Below, piece after piece: positions 53,279 through 64,000 of a stretch of 64,000 nucleotides of DNA (position 1 is the first letter of the stretch; every line of letters begins with the position of its first letter). The stretch lies in assembly GCA_964016885.1 (NCBI GenBank), contig OZ024743.1, positions 319,238,001 through 319,302,000 on the forward strand. The letters are read 5' to 3'. A model generated the notes under the pieces. It worked only from the letters and a program-made list of their open reading frames with translations. It had not been told where the DNA came from and searched no databases. The position numbers were made by a program, and so were the translations under genes. The stretch comes from Eledone cirrhosa (Eukaryota).

Positions 53279-53463
53279 AATCCGAAGAGGGCTCGATAAC
53301 GATAATATATGTATAAAAATATATAAAATATATAAAAACCATACAGCAAATATTTATTAAAATAACAGATTAAAGTTTAAGCAAAGAATCGGTGCTTTCA
53401 CCCGTAACGGGATCTTAACGGGAGTTCCATAAAGTAGCGATTCTTTGCTTATACTTTAATCTG

Positions 53464-53465
<2 letters not shown>
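53275..53465. mobile_element. Penelope-like terminus with a short fold-back
   Basis: cagattaaagtttaagcaaagaatcg followed by its inverse cgattctttgcttatactttaatctg. Confidence 0.75.
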
Positions 53466-53542
<77 letters not shown>

Positions 53543-53900
53543 GAAAAGTACCTAACCGATTTTATCCAAATGGAAGAAAAATCATACTCTAAGATTTAGT
53601 ACGCTTAAAGAGTATCCAGCTGATTTTCTTCAGATTTTGCACATGCATGCAGATGTTTCACGATTCGGGCCTGCTGGTGTTCTACGTTTCCAGTAGATGA
53701 ACAATCATTCCCTGTGAATAAGGGAATTCAAAGAGTACACAGCTTCATTCCTCAATCTTTGCATATGAGTGTTGCTCTTTCACGTTTCCTACCCCGTGCA
53801 ACGCCGGCTCCTGCTGATAATATATATATATATATATATATATACGTATATATGTATATATATATATGAATATATATATATGTATATATATACATATATA

Positions 53901-54024
53901 TAGGAAAAGAGTCAGGACCTCGACGGCTGAGCTCTGGCCGTTTCGATAGCTAGATCAGAATGAGTTCGGATCTAGCTGGTGAAACGGCCGGAGCTCATCC
54001 GTCGGGGTTCTGACTCTTTTTCTA
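53901..54024. repeat. Imperfect hairpin containing the 3' half of a hammerhead
   Basis: GAAAcgg...ccGTCgggg in each arm; related to 58195-58295. Confidence 0.7.
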
Positions 54025-54109
54025 TTACCCACTCTACTACCCTAAGTATTCAGTACTCTGATGCATTATGGTCCACTTGGCATCTTACCACACCCTCTTT
54101 GTATATATA

Positions 54110-54550
54110 TTTCGTATGGCTGAGGAGCGTGTGGAGTGGAGACGTTTGATCAAGTCAGGTAGTGAACACTTTGAAACTCCTCGAAGAGAACACCTAACAC
54201 TGAAAGGGAAAGGTGAAGAGTAGAAACTTCTCTGAACTGCCTGCTGTTGAGCATCATTGGTTTGGCAGCACTGTGGTCGAGTCTGCCTGAGCAAAGCTGG
54301 TTTGATTAGACACAAACAAAGTCATATTAGTAGACCTCATGCAGATTATGATCTGAAAAGGTGTAAGGAATGTAGCAAGGAATGCGCAAGCATGGGAGGT
54401 CTTAAAAGACACATGAGAACACACAGCCAGAACAAAGCAATGGAAAGTCCATGAAGAGCATACAGTAGCCATGTGTGTGCCAGAAGGTGCACATTTTTTA
54501 GCATTTTATCGGGCGATGGCAATGCTCGAACACGAGTTTGCAGCCATCAT
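54110..54550 (+). mobile_element. RTE-type LINE 3' end with C2H2 zinc-finger motifs
   Basis: AEERVEWRRLIKSG, CGRVCLSKAGLIRHKQSH, CKECSKECASMGGLKRHMRTH; short tail into microsatellite. Confidence 0.65.
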
Positions 54551-54712
54551 ATTATATGTATGTATATATATATATATATTGTCCTTGAGCAAGACACTTT
54601 ATTTCACGCTGCTCCTTCTACCCGGAGTTGCGACCGATAGATAGTATTAGCAATTGGAAAGACCAATGGAAACAATGTTTCCTCGGTCCGATTTGACGAA
54701 AGTCGATTTTTC

Positions 54713-54777
<65 letters not shown>

Positions 54778-54785
<8 letters not shown>

Positions 54786-54875
54786 ATACTTTGGGAGGGT
54801 CATGTTGCCAGTAAGAAAGCAACTGGTGCGTGTGTTTCTTATTGGCAACATGACCCTCCCAAATTATAACAATAT
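54778..54875. repeat. 98-bp hairpin adjoining (TA)n
   Basis: atattgttata.tttgggagggtcatgttgcca.taagaaa / tttctta.tggcaacatgaccctcccaaa.tataacaatat. Confidence 0.9.
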
Positions 54876-54964
54876 CGGTTTCAACACACGTTTTCAGATA
54901 AAGAATCTTGCTAAACAAATTCAGAAACGAAATATATATATATATATATATATATATTTTATAT

Positions 54965-55012
<48 letters not shown>

Positions 55013-55804
55013 ATATGTATGTGTATATATATTTATTATATATGTATGTATTTTATTGATCGTTAAATATACGGAAAGCAAAACGTTATTCTTTAATATC
55101 TTTGATTAATTCTTTTTCTTTTTTTAGTTGTTCAACTTCATTTGAAATAATAAACATGATGTTCAGAGGTTGAAACAGATAATTGGAATATGATAAACAG
55201 AATATTGATAAGGTACGGTGATCACCCGTGGTTCCAATTAGTAAATCATTTATCAGTTTCTTTTCTATGAAGCATATTTTATTGGTTATAAATTGAAGCT
55301 AGAATTTATTTGGTATTGTATGTACCCACAACTCCCCAGGGTGTATTAGGTGTGCCGTATTGATATACAACGTTCCTAGAGCAAATCTGGTGGAGCCCAT
55401 CTCCTCTCTCTAGGTTTGGATATAGCTGATTTTTTACAGATAAGGATAGAGTGCGAGAAAGGAAGCGAGAAAGAGATATGGAGGAAGAATCGACCTTAGA
55501 ACTAGACTGGTATATTTTTCTATCGACTTCGAATGGATGAAACGCAAAGTTGAGCTCGGTAGGATTTGAACTGAGAGAGCAGAGAGCTGGACTAAACATG
55601 GCAAATATATTCTTTACGAAGTCATTAGTCAGGCATTTATTTTTCTGCTGGTTTCACCCATTTGACTGCGACCATGCTGGGGTACCACATTGAGTTAGGC
55701 GATCATACTAACCACAATACTTATTTTATCGGTCTATTTTCTGTAGCACTGACACAAATGTAAACTTAGACACTGTCACATACATACGCGCACACATGCA
55801 CACA

Positions 55805-55893
<89 letters not shown>

Positions 55894-55904
55894 GATCAAT
55901 ACAC

Positions 55905-56090
55905 AATAATGGTTTCTGATTTAGGCATGAGGCCATCAATTTTGGGGGAGGGGAAAATCGATTAAATCGACTCCGGTGCATAACTGGCACTTGATTTTAT
56001 CGACCCCGTAAGGATGAAAGCAGAAATTAATCTCAGCTGGATTTGAAATCAGAACGTAAAGGGATGTAACTCAATGCTACAAAGCAGTAT
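55905..56090 (-). mobile_element. CORE-type SINE
   Basis: ttttatcgaccccgtaaggatgaaag core. Confidence 0.8.
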
Positions 56091-56309
56091 CGAACATATT
56101 GTCCGGTATTCGCTCAATGACAAAATTGTTGCGAATTATATATATATATATACGTGTGTTATTGACGGACGTGAGAATGGGTACTCAATACCGAAGTACA
56201 GTTTAAATATTCTTTATTATGCTGAAACTCCAGAGTAACGACATTCACCACTTACCCATAATAAAGAATTTATATATATATTCTTTATTATGGCTAAGTG
56301 GTTAATATC

Positions 56310-56374
<65 letters not shown>

Positions 56375-56518
56375 AGGGTTGACGGACCCAGAATATTTAT
56401 CAATGCCAGTATCGGTTGTATCTCAGCGCACTCAATGGGCAATGTAAGATACATTACCAGAGTATACACATAGTTATTTGCCTCAACACAACACACGTAA
56501 AACGGGTGCCTATAAGGT

Positions 56519-56628
56519 CCCGGACTCGAGTTTCTGCCGCACTAATGCAGCAGTAAGGTGCACTGCACCATCTGTCTGCATATATTATGCAACAATGCAC
56601 AATCGGCTTATGCGGCTTCATCAGCGGG
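56519..56628 (-). ncRNA. Type I hammerhead ribozyme with greatly extended stem II
   Basis: cccg-CTGATGA-agccgca...tgcggca-GAAA-ctcga-GTC-cggg; palindromic actcgagt stem III, GUC triplet. Confidence 0.85.
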
Positions 56629-56974
56629 TATCGCCTAATCAATAACCAATCGATTGACATAATCCAAACACCGGCCCGTACCGGTCATGACTGTTTGTGA
56701 CAACCGACACGGTAAAGCGATTAACTGGCAACCGATAGGACTCTATCTCTCAACTAGCCACTGATTTACAAATTTTACGTGGGAAGGGGAAGCTAAAAAG
56801 AATCAATCTATTAGTTCCTGTCAGAAGGACCCAGCCAACGTGTCTCACAGACAAATTATCAAGGGGTGAAAAGATGGCTATTAGAAATAGCAGTTCACAT
56901 TGATATAAAATAGAATGGTAGCATTCGGTTCATGTCTCCAAGCCCCATGGCTAGAGGAAAGCGATGGTAACAAT

Positions 56975-57019
<45 letters not shown>

Positions 57020-57644
57020 TTATGTATCTGGTGTGCTAGGACGAGAGTTAAAATTTTAATTTTAATTTTAGTTTTCGGCACGGTCAGCTGTAACTCGCTC
57101 GGTATGCAAATGAGGCTACACAGCCCATGTGTACTTAAGAAAATACTATATATTTTCAACCGTTCAACAGATTGGCAGAGGTATACAGTCATGAAATATG
57201 TAGATTGTTCCTCAATGTCAGTGTTGAACAAACGGATGACGATTTGTCATCGCCATGGCACAGCTTTAATCAGGCCGTTTGTTTACAAGCGAATCAAATA
57301 TTATTAATATTCGATATCATACGTACAAATATATATATATATATAAACAAACATAAATTATCGAGAATCGCATTTCGGCCCACGAAATAACGAAAAACAA
57401 CCTCCGAGATGTGTGGCAAGTGCTCAATGATTCAGATGAACCAGAGCTATAACAAACGTTAAAGGCCAAACACACTGAGACGATGGTTAAACAATCATTC
57501 GCATAGCCAAAAAAACGGTCAAGTAATTCGGGTCAAACAAATAAAAAAATCTGTGATTGAAAATTTACCCGGACCCCTGGAAGTTTGGTAAAATCCAGTA
57601 TTTGGGTTTCTGCGGCTCCTAAATCAAGTACTGTCCGCTTACAT

Positions 57645-57810
57645 AAATAATTGTTTCTACTATTGACACACGGCCAGAAATTACCCAGTACATTACTGGT
57701 ACTTTATTTTATCGACCCTGTAAGGATGAAAGGCAAAGTTAACCTCAGCGGGATTTGAACTCTATGCGTCAAAGCATGGCGTCCAACCCTCTAACGATAC
57801 TACCAATCCT
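57645..57810 (-). mobile_element. CORE-type SINE
   Basis: Reverse complement of the 70-252 family. Confidence 0.85.
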
Positions 57811-58214
57811 ACATAAATAATGTTAGGCTTCTGGTCAGATGATTGAACAAGGAAGCCTCTTTCTCAACAGGTTTTAGTTCAATGTTAATACAAGGACTGA
57901 CTATTGCTGACCCCACGTGGGGATCGGCAAGGGAGGCAACCCCTATATCAGGCGAATGAATTCAGTTGTGTATATTTTTGCAAGAATGCAAAAACATCAC
58001 ATATCGAATAGAGTTCTCAACAGAAGGGTTAAAATTAACATAAGCTATTCATCAGTCAATAGAATCAACTAAAAAATCAAGAAAATTAACTGGTCAATAG
58101 CTAGAGTCTGGAGATTAATACAAACATAAATTATCGAGAATCGCATTTCGGCCCACGAAATAACGAAAAACAACCTCCGAGATGTGTGGCAAGTGCCATC
58201 GGGGTCTTGAACAT

Positions 58215-58254
<40 letters not shown>

Positions 58255-58406
58255 ATGTTCAAGACCCCGACGGCAGAGCTAAGCCGTTTCGACGGCTATA
58301 TATATATTGATGTGTGTGTACGTATGCGTACTTACAATTATGTATCAGCTGTGATAGGGCTAGAAATAAAATTCCAAATTTATTTATTTATTTTTTAATT
58401 TTAATG

Positions 58407-58445
<39 letters not shown>

Positions 58446-59189
58446 TAGTATTTCATTTATCGACCGCAAAAGGAGGAAAGGTAAAGTTCGTCTAGACAAG
58501 ATTTGAACTCAGGCCGTAGAGTGGCGGAATGAATATCACGAACCATTCTCTTCGACGCCCTAACGACTCTGCCTGCGGCATTAACATGTTTACTTTTAGC
58601 CTACAGTAAAGTTAATATTACTCGTAAAATCTTCAAAACTGTACGTTCGAATTCTCAGAATTCTTAATATTAGATAATTTCTATTTTTATCTGATAACTT
58701 TAGAAGTAAAATGAGTAGGTGCAAAACATGTTGTAAGAGTTAAGTTCTCGTAAACGATAAAGGAAACATCCGGCTTTTAATAACAAAACACATAGAATTT
58801 CACACAAGTAAATCCACTCGTTTAAATTTAGAAGATCCAAAATGTTTTTTTTTTTCATTAGTCTCTTAAGTTTACAGTGAAAGTTGCATTGCGATATTCA
58901 TAGTTTTCCATTAGAGTAATTGAACCTCCGCCAATTTCTACGATGAGCATTCAGTGGTTTCATCAAATGAACGCTCAACTCATGAATAAACATATAGGTG
59001 GTTGAGCACTTCGATCCGATGATATAGTAAAGGTATTTACCCAAGATGCCACGCAGTGATCTGGAACCTGGAACCTCATGATTGGTGAGTTGACAGAAAT
59101 TATAGTAAGCCATCGTTAAATTTCGTCTTTCTTAACCACTCAACCATAGCTGTCTCCGATACCCAACAAATAATAATACATACACAGTG

Positions 59190-60362
59190 CCGTAACCCCG
59201 AGCGAGTGGTAGGGGCGCTATATTGACACGTGGCGTTTGTAAAGTATTTTAAAATTTGGCGGAACCCATCTCCTCTCCAGGCTAGAATATAGCAGATTTC
59301 TTCCACAGAAGGATAGAGTGTGATAGAATGGAAGTGAAAAAGAAATACTGAGGGAGAATCGACTAGTACTTGTTTTATCAACCTCGAATGGATGAAAGGC
59401 AGAGAGTAGAGAGCGGAAACGAATACCGCAAACCATTCCATCCGACGTTTTAATTAATCTGCCAAATTCGCCACTTTAGTAAGAATATTAATACGACGAC
59501 ATCTAAAGAGTTTAAGTAGAATAAAATGTATGACCGGATTTTTTACTATAACTAGTTCCATTGCTGTCTGTTCATAGATCAAATGACACTATGGCTGACA
59601 GTGTATCGACTCCATTTTGATTATATTTTTAATTACGTATCAATGCAACGTATGTTGCGAATTAGATGAGTCGTTAGAACGGCGGATAGAATGCTTCACG
59701 AATCTTTGTGCTCTAGGTTAAAATCACATAGAGGTCAACTTTGCTTTTCATCCTTTTGAGATCGATAAAAACAATTCCAGTACAGTACTGGGGCCGATTC
59801 TCCCTCTATATATCTTTCTTACTTTCTCTTTACTACTCTCTCTCTCCCTTTCTTTCTCTCTCTGGAAGAAATCTTCTGTGTTCAGCTCTTGGAGGGATGG
59901 GCTCCATCGTGTTTAAAATACCCAAAAGGCGTTTTCTCCTTACGGTGCCCCTACGACTCCACCAGGAGTTGTGGATCCATACATACATAAAAACAACAGC
60001 TTTTTGTAAGCTGGTCATTTATATTCTCAGTTCAAATCCCACCGATGTTAACTTAACCTTTCATCATTTCGGGATCGAACAAATAAAGTACGCTCTGGGT
60101 CGATTTAATCGACTGTCCCCTTCCCTTCAAATTGCTGGCCTTGTGTTTAAATCAGAAACCATTATATTACATTAGTGGTTTTGAAAATCTAGAAAAGATG
60201 TCACACAAAAAACTCAGAGGAAAAGAACATTATTTAGATATCAAATGAGTTCAAATCCCGCCGAGGTTAACTTTGCCTTTCATCCTTACGAGGTCGATAA
60301 AATAAAGTACCAGTAATGTACTGGATAATTTGCTGGCCTTGTGCCAATAGTAGAAACAATTA
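59190..60362. mobile_element. Cluster of four SINE copies (59190-59475 -, 59655-59970 +, 60000-60165 +, 60245-60362 +)
   Basis: Repeated core and B-box motifs. Confidence 0.8.
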
Positions 60363-60609
60363 TTTAGATATCAAAGAAAGGTTATTTATTTTAAACAATG
60401 GCAGCTTATAGCTATAAAGATATAAAAAAAAATTAAATACTTAAATTCCGATTTAAACCTTTCTTCGTAACTAAGTCTGTTGTGCGTGTTTTTTTTCCTT
60501 ATAATTTTATTTTGTCTCTCTAGTAATATACCGACTGTATATTCTGGGAAGATCTAAAAGCAAATTCGGCTCCTTCAGAGTTCACCTCAAAATGCAGAGA
60601 GACCAAATT

Positions 60610-60790
60610 TAATTGTTTCTACTTTTGGCACAAGGCCAGCAACTACCAGTACATTACTGGTACTTTATTTTATCGACGCCGTAAGGATGAAAGGCAAAGT
60701 TAACCTCGGCGGGATTTGAACTCAGATCGTAAAGGGACGTAACTACGCTGGAAAGCATGTCCGACCCTCTACCGATACTGCCAATTCATC
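60610..60790 (-). mobile_element. CORE-type SINE (young subfamily)
   Basis: Close reverse-complement match to 62803-62985. Confidence 0.85.
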
Positions 60791-61939
60791 CAAATTTAAT
60801 GACAACTTACTATAGTTTCTATCAACTCACTAACTTCAAGAATATATTGGTATTTCGAGCCACATGTTTTCGTGAAAGAGGAAATGGAATTATCATGATG
60901 TTTATGCCTTACCCCAAAACGTTAATGACGTAAATGCAATTAAGTGGCTTGAACTGGGAATAGAAACTGCGACGCAGTTTCGGTTCACCGGGAACTTTGA
61001 TTCTACGACGTTTACAGCTAAAATAAATACATATTGAATATAATATTTAAAAAATCGTAACGCGCTGTGTAATAATATAATATAAAGTCGGAAGGGACGA
61101 GACCACATCCGTTTGTTAGTAATGGTGAGTAACGAAACAATTATAAATCATTCAAAATTGTGTAGTTTTTTTTCTGTGCAGCAACATATGTAGATAATCA
61201 GTTTATAATGACAAACAGTTATTTCTGGACTGAAGTTCTGGGTGGATATCGTGTAAGGATAACCTTTGGTAAACATCACTACTATTCTTTATCAAAAGAT
61301 TTGCAAGTGGCTTATGAATCTTGTCTTACTTTTACAGCATTATTAAGTCTCACTGATTGACCTGTTAAATGAAAACATGCTTATTAAAACAGATGTTTTT
61401 CCTCGGTAGGACCATTTCAAAATACTACAAATAAGTTTCAATTTCAGACTAAAGCTAGCACACGCCACTGCAATGAGAAAGAATGGGGCTCTATCAATTT
61501 CAGGCAAAGGCCAGCAATATTAATACAAGGAGAACGAATGGGGCTGGTCGATTTCGAGGCTGAATGTTCTGGTTTCTCAATTAACAGAATACCCTGCTCA
61601 TAAAATTAACGTGTAAGTCACGGATCATTCTACAGACACGTGTATGCTTAACGTAATCCAACATGACACACTATGGTCTTTCTAACTACAAATATAGTCC
61701 ACTTATATATTAATTCATGTGCTGGGCGTTAAGTTGATCTAATAATTGAATGCTCACCCGATTTTATATGGATCTTACATATTTATACACTGGTGTTATC
61801 GTTTCTTTATGATGGTCAAATATGGTCACAAGAACCCTTTTTCATTGTTTTTGCGTTGTTTTTATTTCTTAACATTGCTTCCTATGTGTGATATGGATGC
61901 TTTAAAACTGTTATATGTAACTTAGTATGTTTGTGTTAC

Positions 61940-62720
61940 GTTTACATAGCATAGTTATATTGCTGAGTGTGATTGTTCGTTGTAGTTGATGTTTTCAGCG
62001 TGTTACTAGTAACAAGGAAGACAGTGGATTTGATATATGATACTTTTAGTCGATTGTTCGGGAAGTGGTTTGTAAATGGTTGGCGTAAATTTGGCGTAGT
62101 TGTGCAGCTATGTATGAGAATTAGTAAGAGGAGGTACTCTAATGTCATCGACACATCAGGCTGTGTGTATGTTTCGTGCGAACGAGAGGAAATAAAATGG
62201 AATGTGAGGGATATGATAGATTCTAGATGCTTTATTAATATTATAATTGTTGTTGTTGTACTCAACGTGGCTTTGTCAACATGTGAGATACTTCCCTAGG
62301 CAGAAGTTTATAATGTTTTTCAGGAGGTGTTGAATGAGTTGTTTATAGTAGGTAGAGAAGGATGGAGTCAAAAGTATTGGTGGTAGGAATAATAAATAAA
62401 ATAGTGCGTGTTAGAGGTTTTTCCTTGTTATTGATGTCAACTTGCATATTTTCTGTGAAGTTTCTTAGTTAATTGAATGTTGTAAAAAAATAGGGAAATC
62501 CATTGGTTGAGGATATCTTAGAATAAACCTTTCTGGAACCTTTAAGCGCTTATGGAAGGGTAATAAATGGGTTTTGGGGATATCACTTCTATTGTGTTTT
62601 GTAAAGATTGGGTATGGTTATAATTCTGCTCACTTTCCTGATGCTGAAAATTTAGCACTTTTAGTATGTTAAAGATGTTCGGTGATTGCAGCAATTCTTT
62701 CAAACTATATGTATGTTAGT
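61940..62720 (-). mobile_element. Possible ancient L1/Tx1-like LINE remnant
   Basis: Strong strand bias and weak RT-like spacing (SMTLEYLLL..RLKVSY..TVFLV); catalytic motifs not intact. Confidence 0.3.
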
Positions 62721-62802
62721 TAGGATTCATATTTTTATTTCATCTACATGGCTGTATTTCACGATTACCAGCTGTCAAATATAAATATATACATTTGTCA
62801 AG

Positions 62803-62985
62803 GTGGATTGGCAGTATCGGTAGAGAGTCCGACGCCATGCTTTCCAGCATAGTTACGTCCCTTTACGGTCTGAGTTCAAATCCCGCCGAGGTTAACTTTG
62901 CCTTTCATCCTTACGGGGTCGATAAAATAAAGTACCAGTAATGTACTGGGTATTTGCTGGCCTTGTGCCAAAAGTAGAAACAGTT
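62803..62985 (+). mobile_element. CORE-type SINE (young subfamily)
   Basis: Complete head, B-box gagttcaaatccc, core and tail. Confidence 0.88.
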
Positions 62986-62994
62986 ATTATATAG

Positions 62995-63304
62995 CAGAGG
63001 TTCTCAAAATGAGCGCTACCGCCCTCGGGGGCCACTGAGAAGGTCCAGGGGGCACTGGGGTCTAAGGGGAAGGGGGCGATAGAGATGATATAATAATATA
63101 TTAAATAGCAAATGATACATACATACTACATATAAATATAGTAAAATATAAAATACATAATATTTATTATATATAAATTAACGATTTAATCTATTATATA
63201 TTATTTACAATTTGCGTGTAGGCAGGTCTCTCTAGAGGATAGGAGCGCTGAGGGTGTTACGTGGCCATGAGAGGGCGGTGGCCCAAAAAGTTTGAGGACC
63301 TCTG
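62995..63304. mobile_element. hAT-type MITE
   Basis: TIRs cagaggttctcaaa / tttgaggacctctg; perfect 8-bp TSD ttatatag. Confidence 0.92.
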
Positions 63305-63780
63305 TTATATAGTGTCATAATGACCTTAATGATTTTATTTATTGTATGGTTGCTGGGAATTGTGTGGTTTCTCCATATTTTATGTTGTTTCCGCCGTTCG
63401 GTTAATTTAAAATTTATTTCAGTACATGAACACCATCTGAGAAGAAGACTATGTCGCCAATAAGGTGTGAATGACTTTAAAATTCCCCATTTAAGTCTGT
63501 TTATTCCTTCTTTATACCAGTTAAAAATTTTAAAGAGGTTTTTCAGTATTTCATCAGTTTATAATATCACCAAAGACATATAGTGTTGAGACATGGCCTA
63601 TTATCTTAAGCATGGAATAAAGGCGTAGAACAACACAAAGGAACATGGAAATATATATATTAAAACTCACTAAAATGAACAGAAACTCTTCTCAATTGGT
63701 AGGATAGAAAACAAAAATATAAAACATCACAAAACATATTAAGAAGAGAAAATAAGCAGATGGGTTAGGTACACAAATAC

Positions 63781-64000
63781 ATGACATCAGATAGACAAAG
63801 ATATGTAGAGAATGGAGAATAAACGAATGATATCAGATAGACAAAGATATGTAGAGAATGGAGAATAAACAAATGATATCAGGATAGACAAAGATATGTA
63901 GAGAATGGAGAATAAACAAATGATATCAGATAGACAAAGATATGTAGAGAATGGAGAATAAACAAATGATATCAGATAGACAAAGATATGTAGAGAATGG
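63781..64000. repeat. 46-bp tandem repeat running off the window end
   Basis: atgatatcagatagacaaagatatgtagagaatggagaataaacaa, nearly five copies. Confidence 0.95.

Noticed and set aside
54257-54454. Host C2H2 zinc-finger gene
   Set aside because: Lacks TGEKP linkers, follows an RTE-like R..WR motif and ends in a microsatellite tail; better explained as a LINE C-terminus
58000-58062. Minus-strand CTGATGA with an atag/ctat stem
   Set aside because: GAAA is replaced by GATA and stems I and III are unsupported
60850-61150. Possible mariner transposase remnants
   Set aside because: Motif resemblance too weak and no TIRs found

Overview
AT-rich, repeat-dense eukaryotic DNA. The CORE-type tRNA-derived SINEs, RTE and Dong/R4 LINEs and very long (TA)n/(CA)n/(TACA)n tracts look like an octopod cephalopod genome (inferred, not proven). 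I found no convincing host protein-coding gene; most listed ORFs are microsatellite translations or antisense shadows. Mobile elements: (i) a near full-length R4/Dong-type RLE non-LTR retrotransposon, a 5'-truncated sister copy and a divergent relative, all joined to (TACA)n microsatellites; (ii) a complete but mutated CsRn1-type Ty3/Gypsy element with ~99% identical 449-bp LTRs and a TSD; (iii) a non-autonomous LTR element with the same tRNA-Trp-type PBS; (iv) Penelope-like remnants, Helitron pieces, hAT and Tc1/mariner MITEs, RTE fragments and many SINEs. The most striking unexplained pattern is a set of type I hammerhead ribozyme folds from at least four sequence families. Two have canonical cores, one has a recurrent CAGAAGA core and one a compensatory U3-A8 core. 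Most sit in fold-back palindromes (0.1-1.8 kb) next to (TA)n tracts. All RNA structures were folded by eye and need computational and experimental confirmation.
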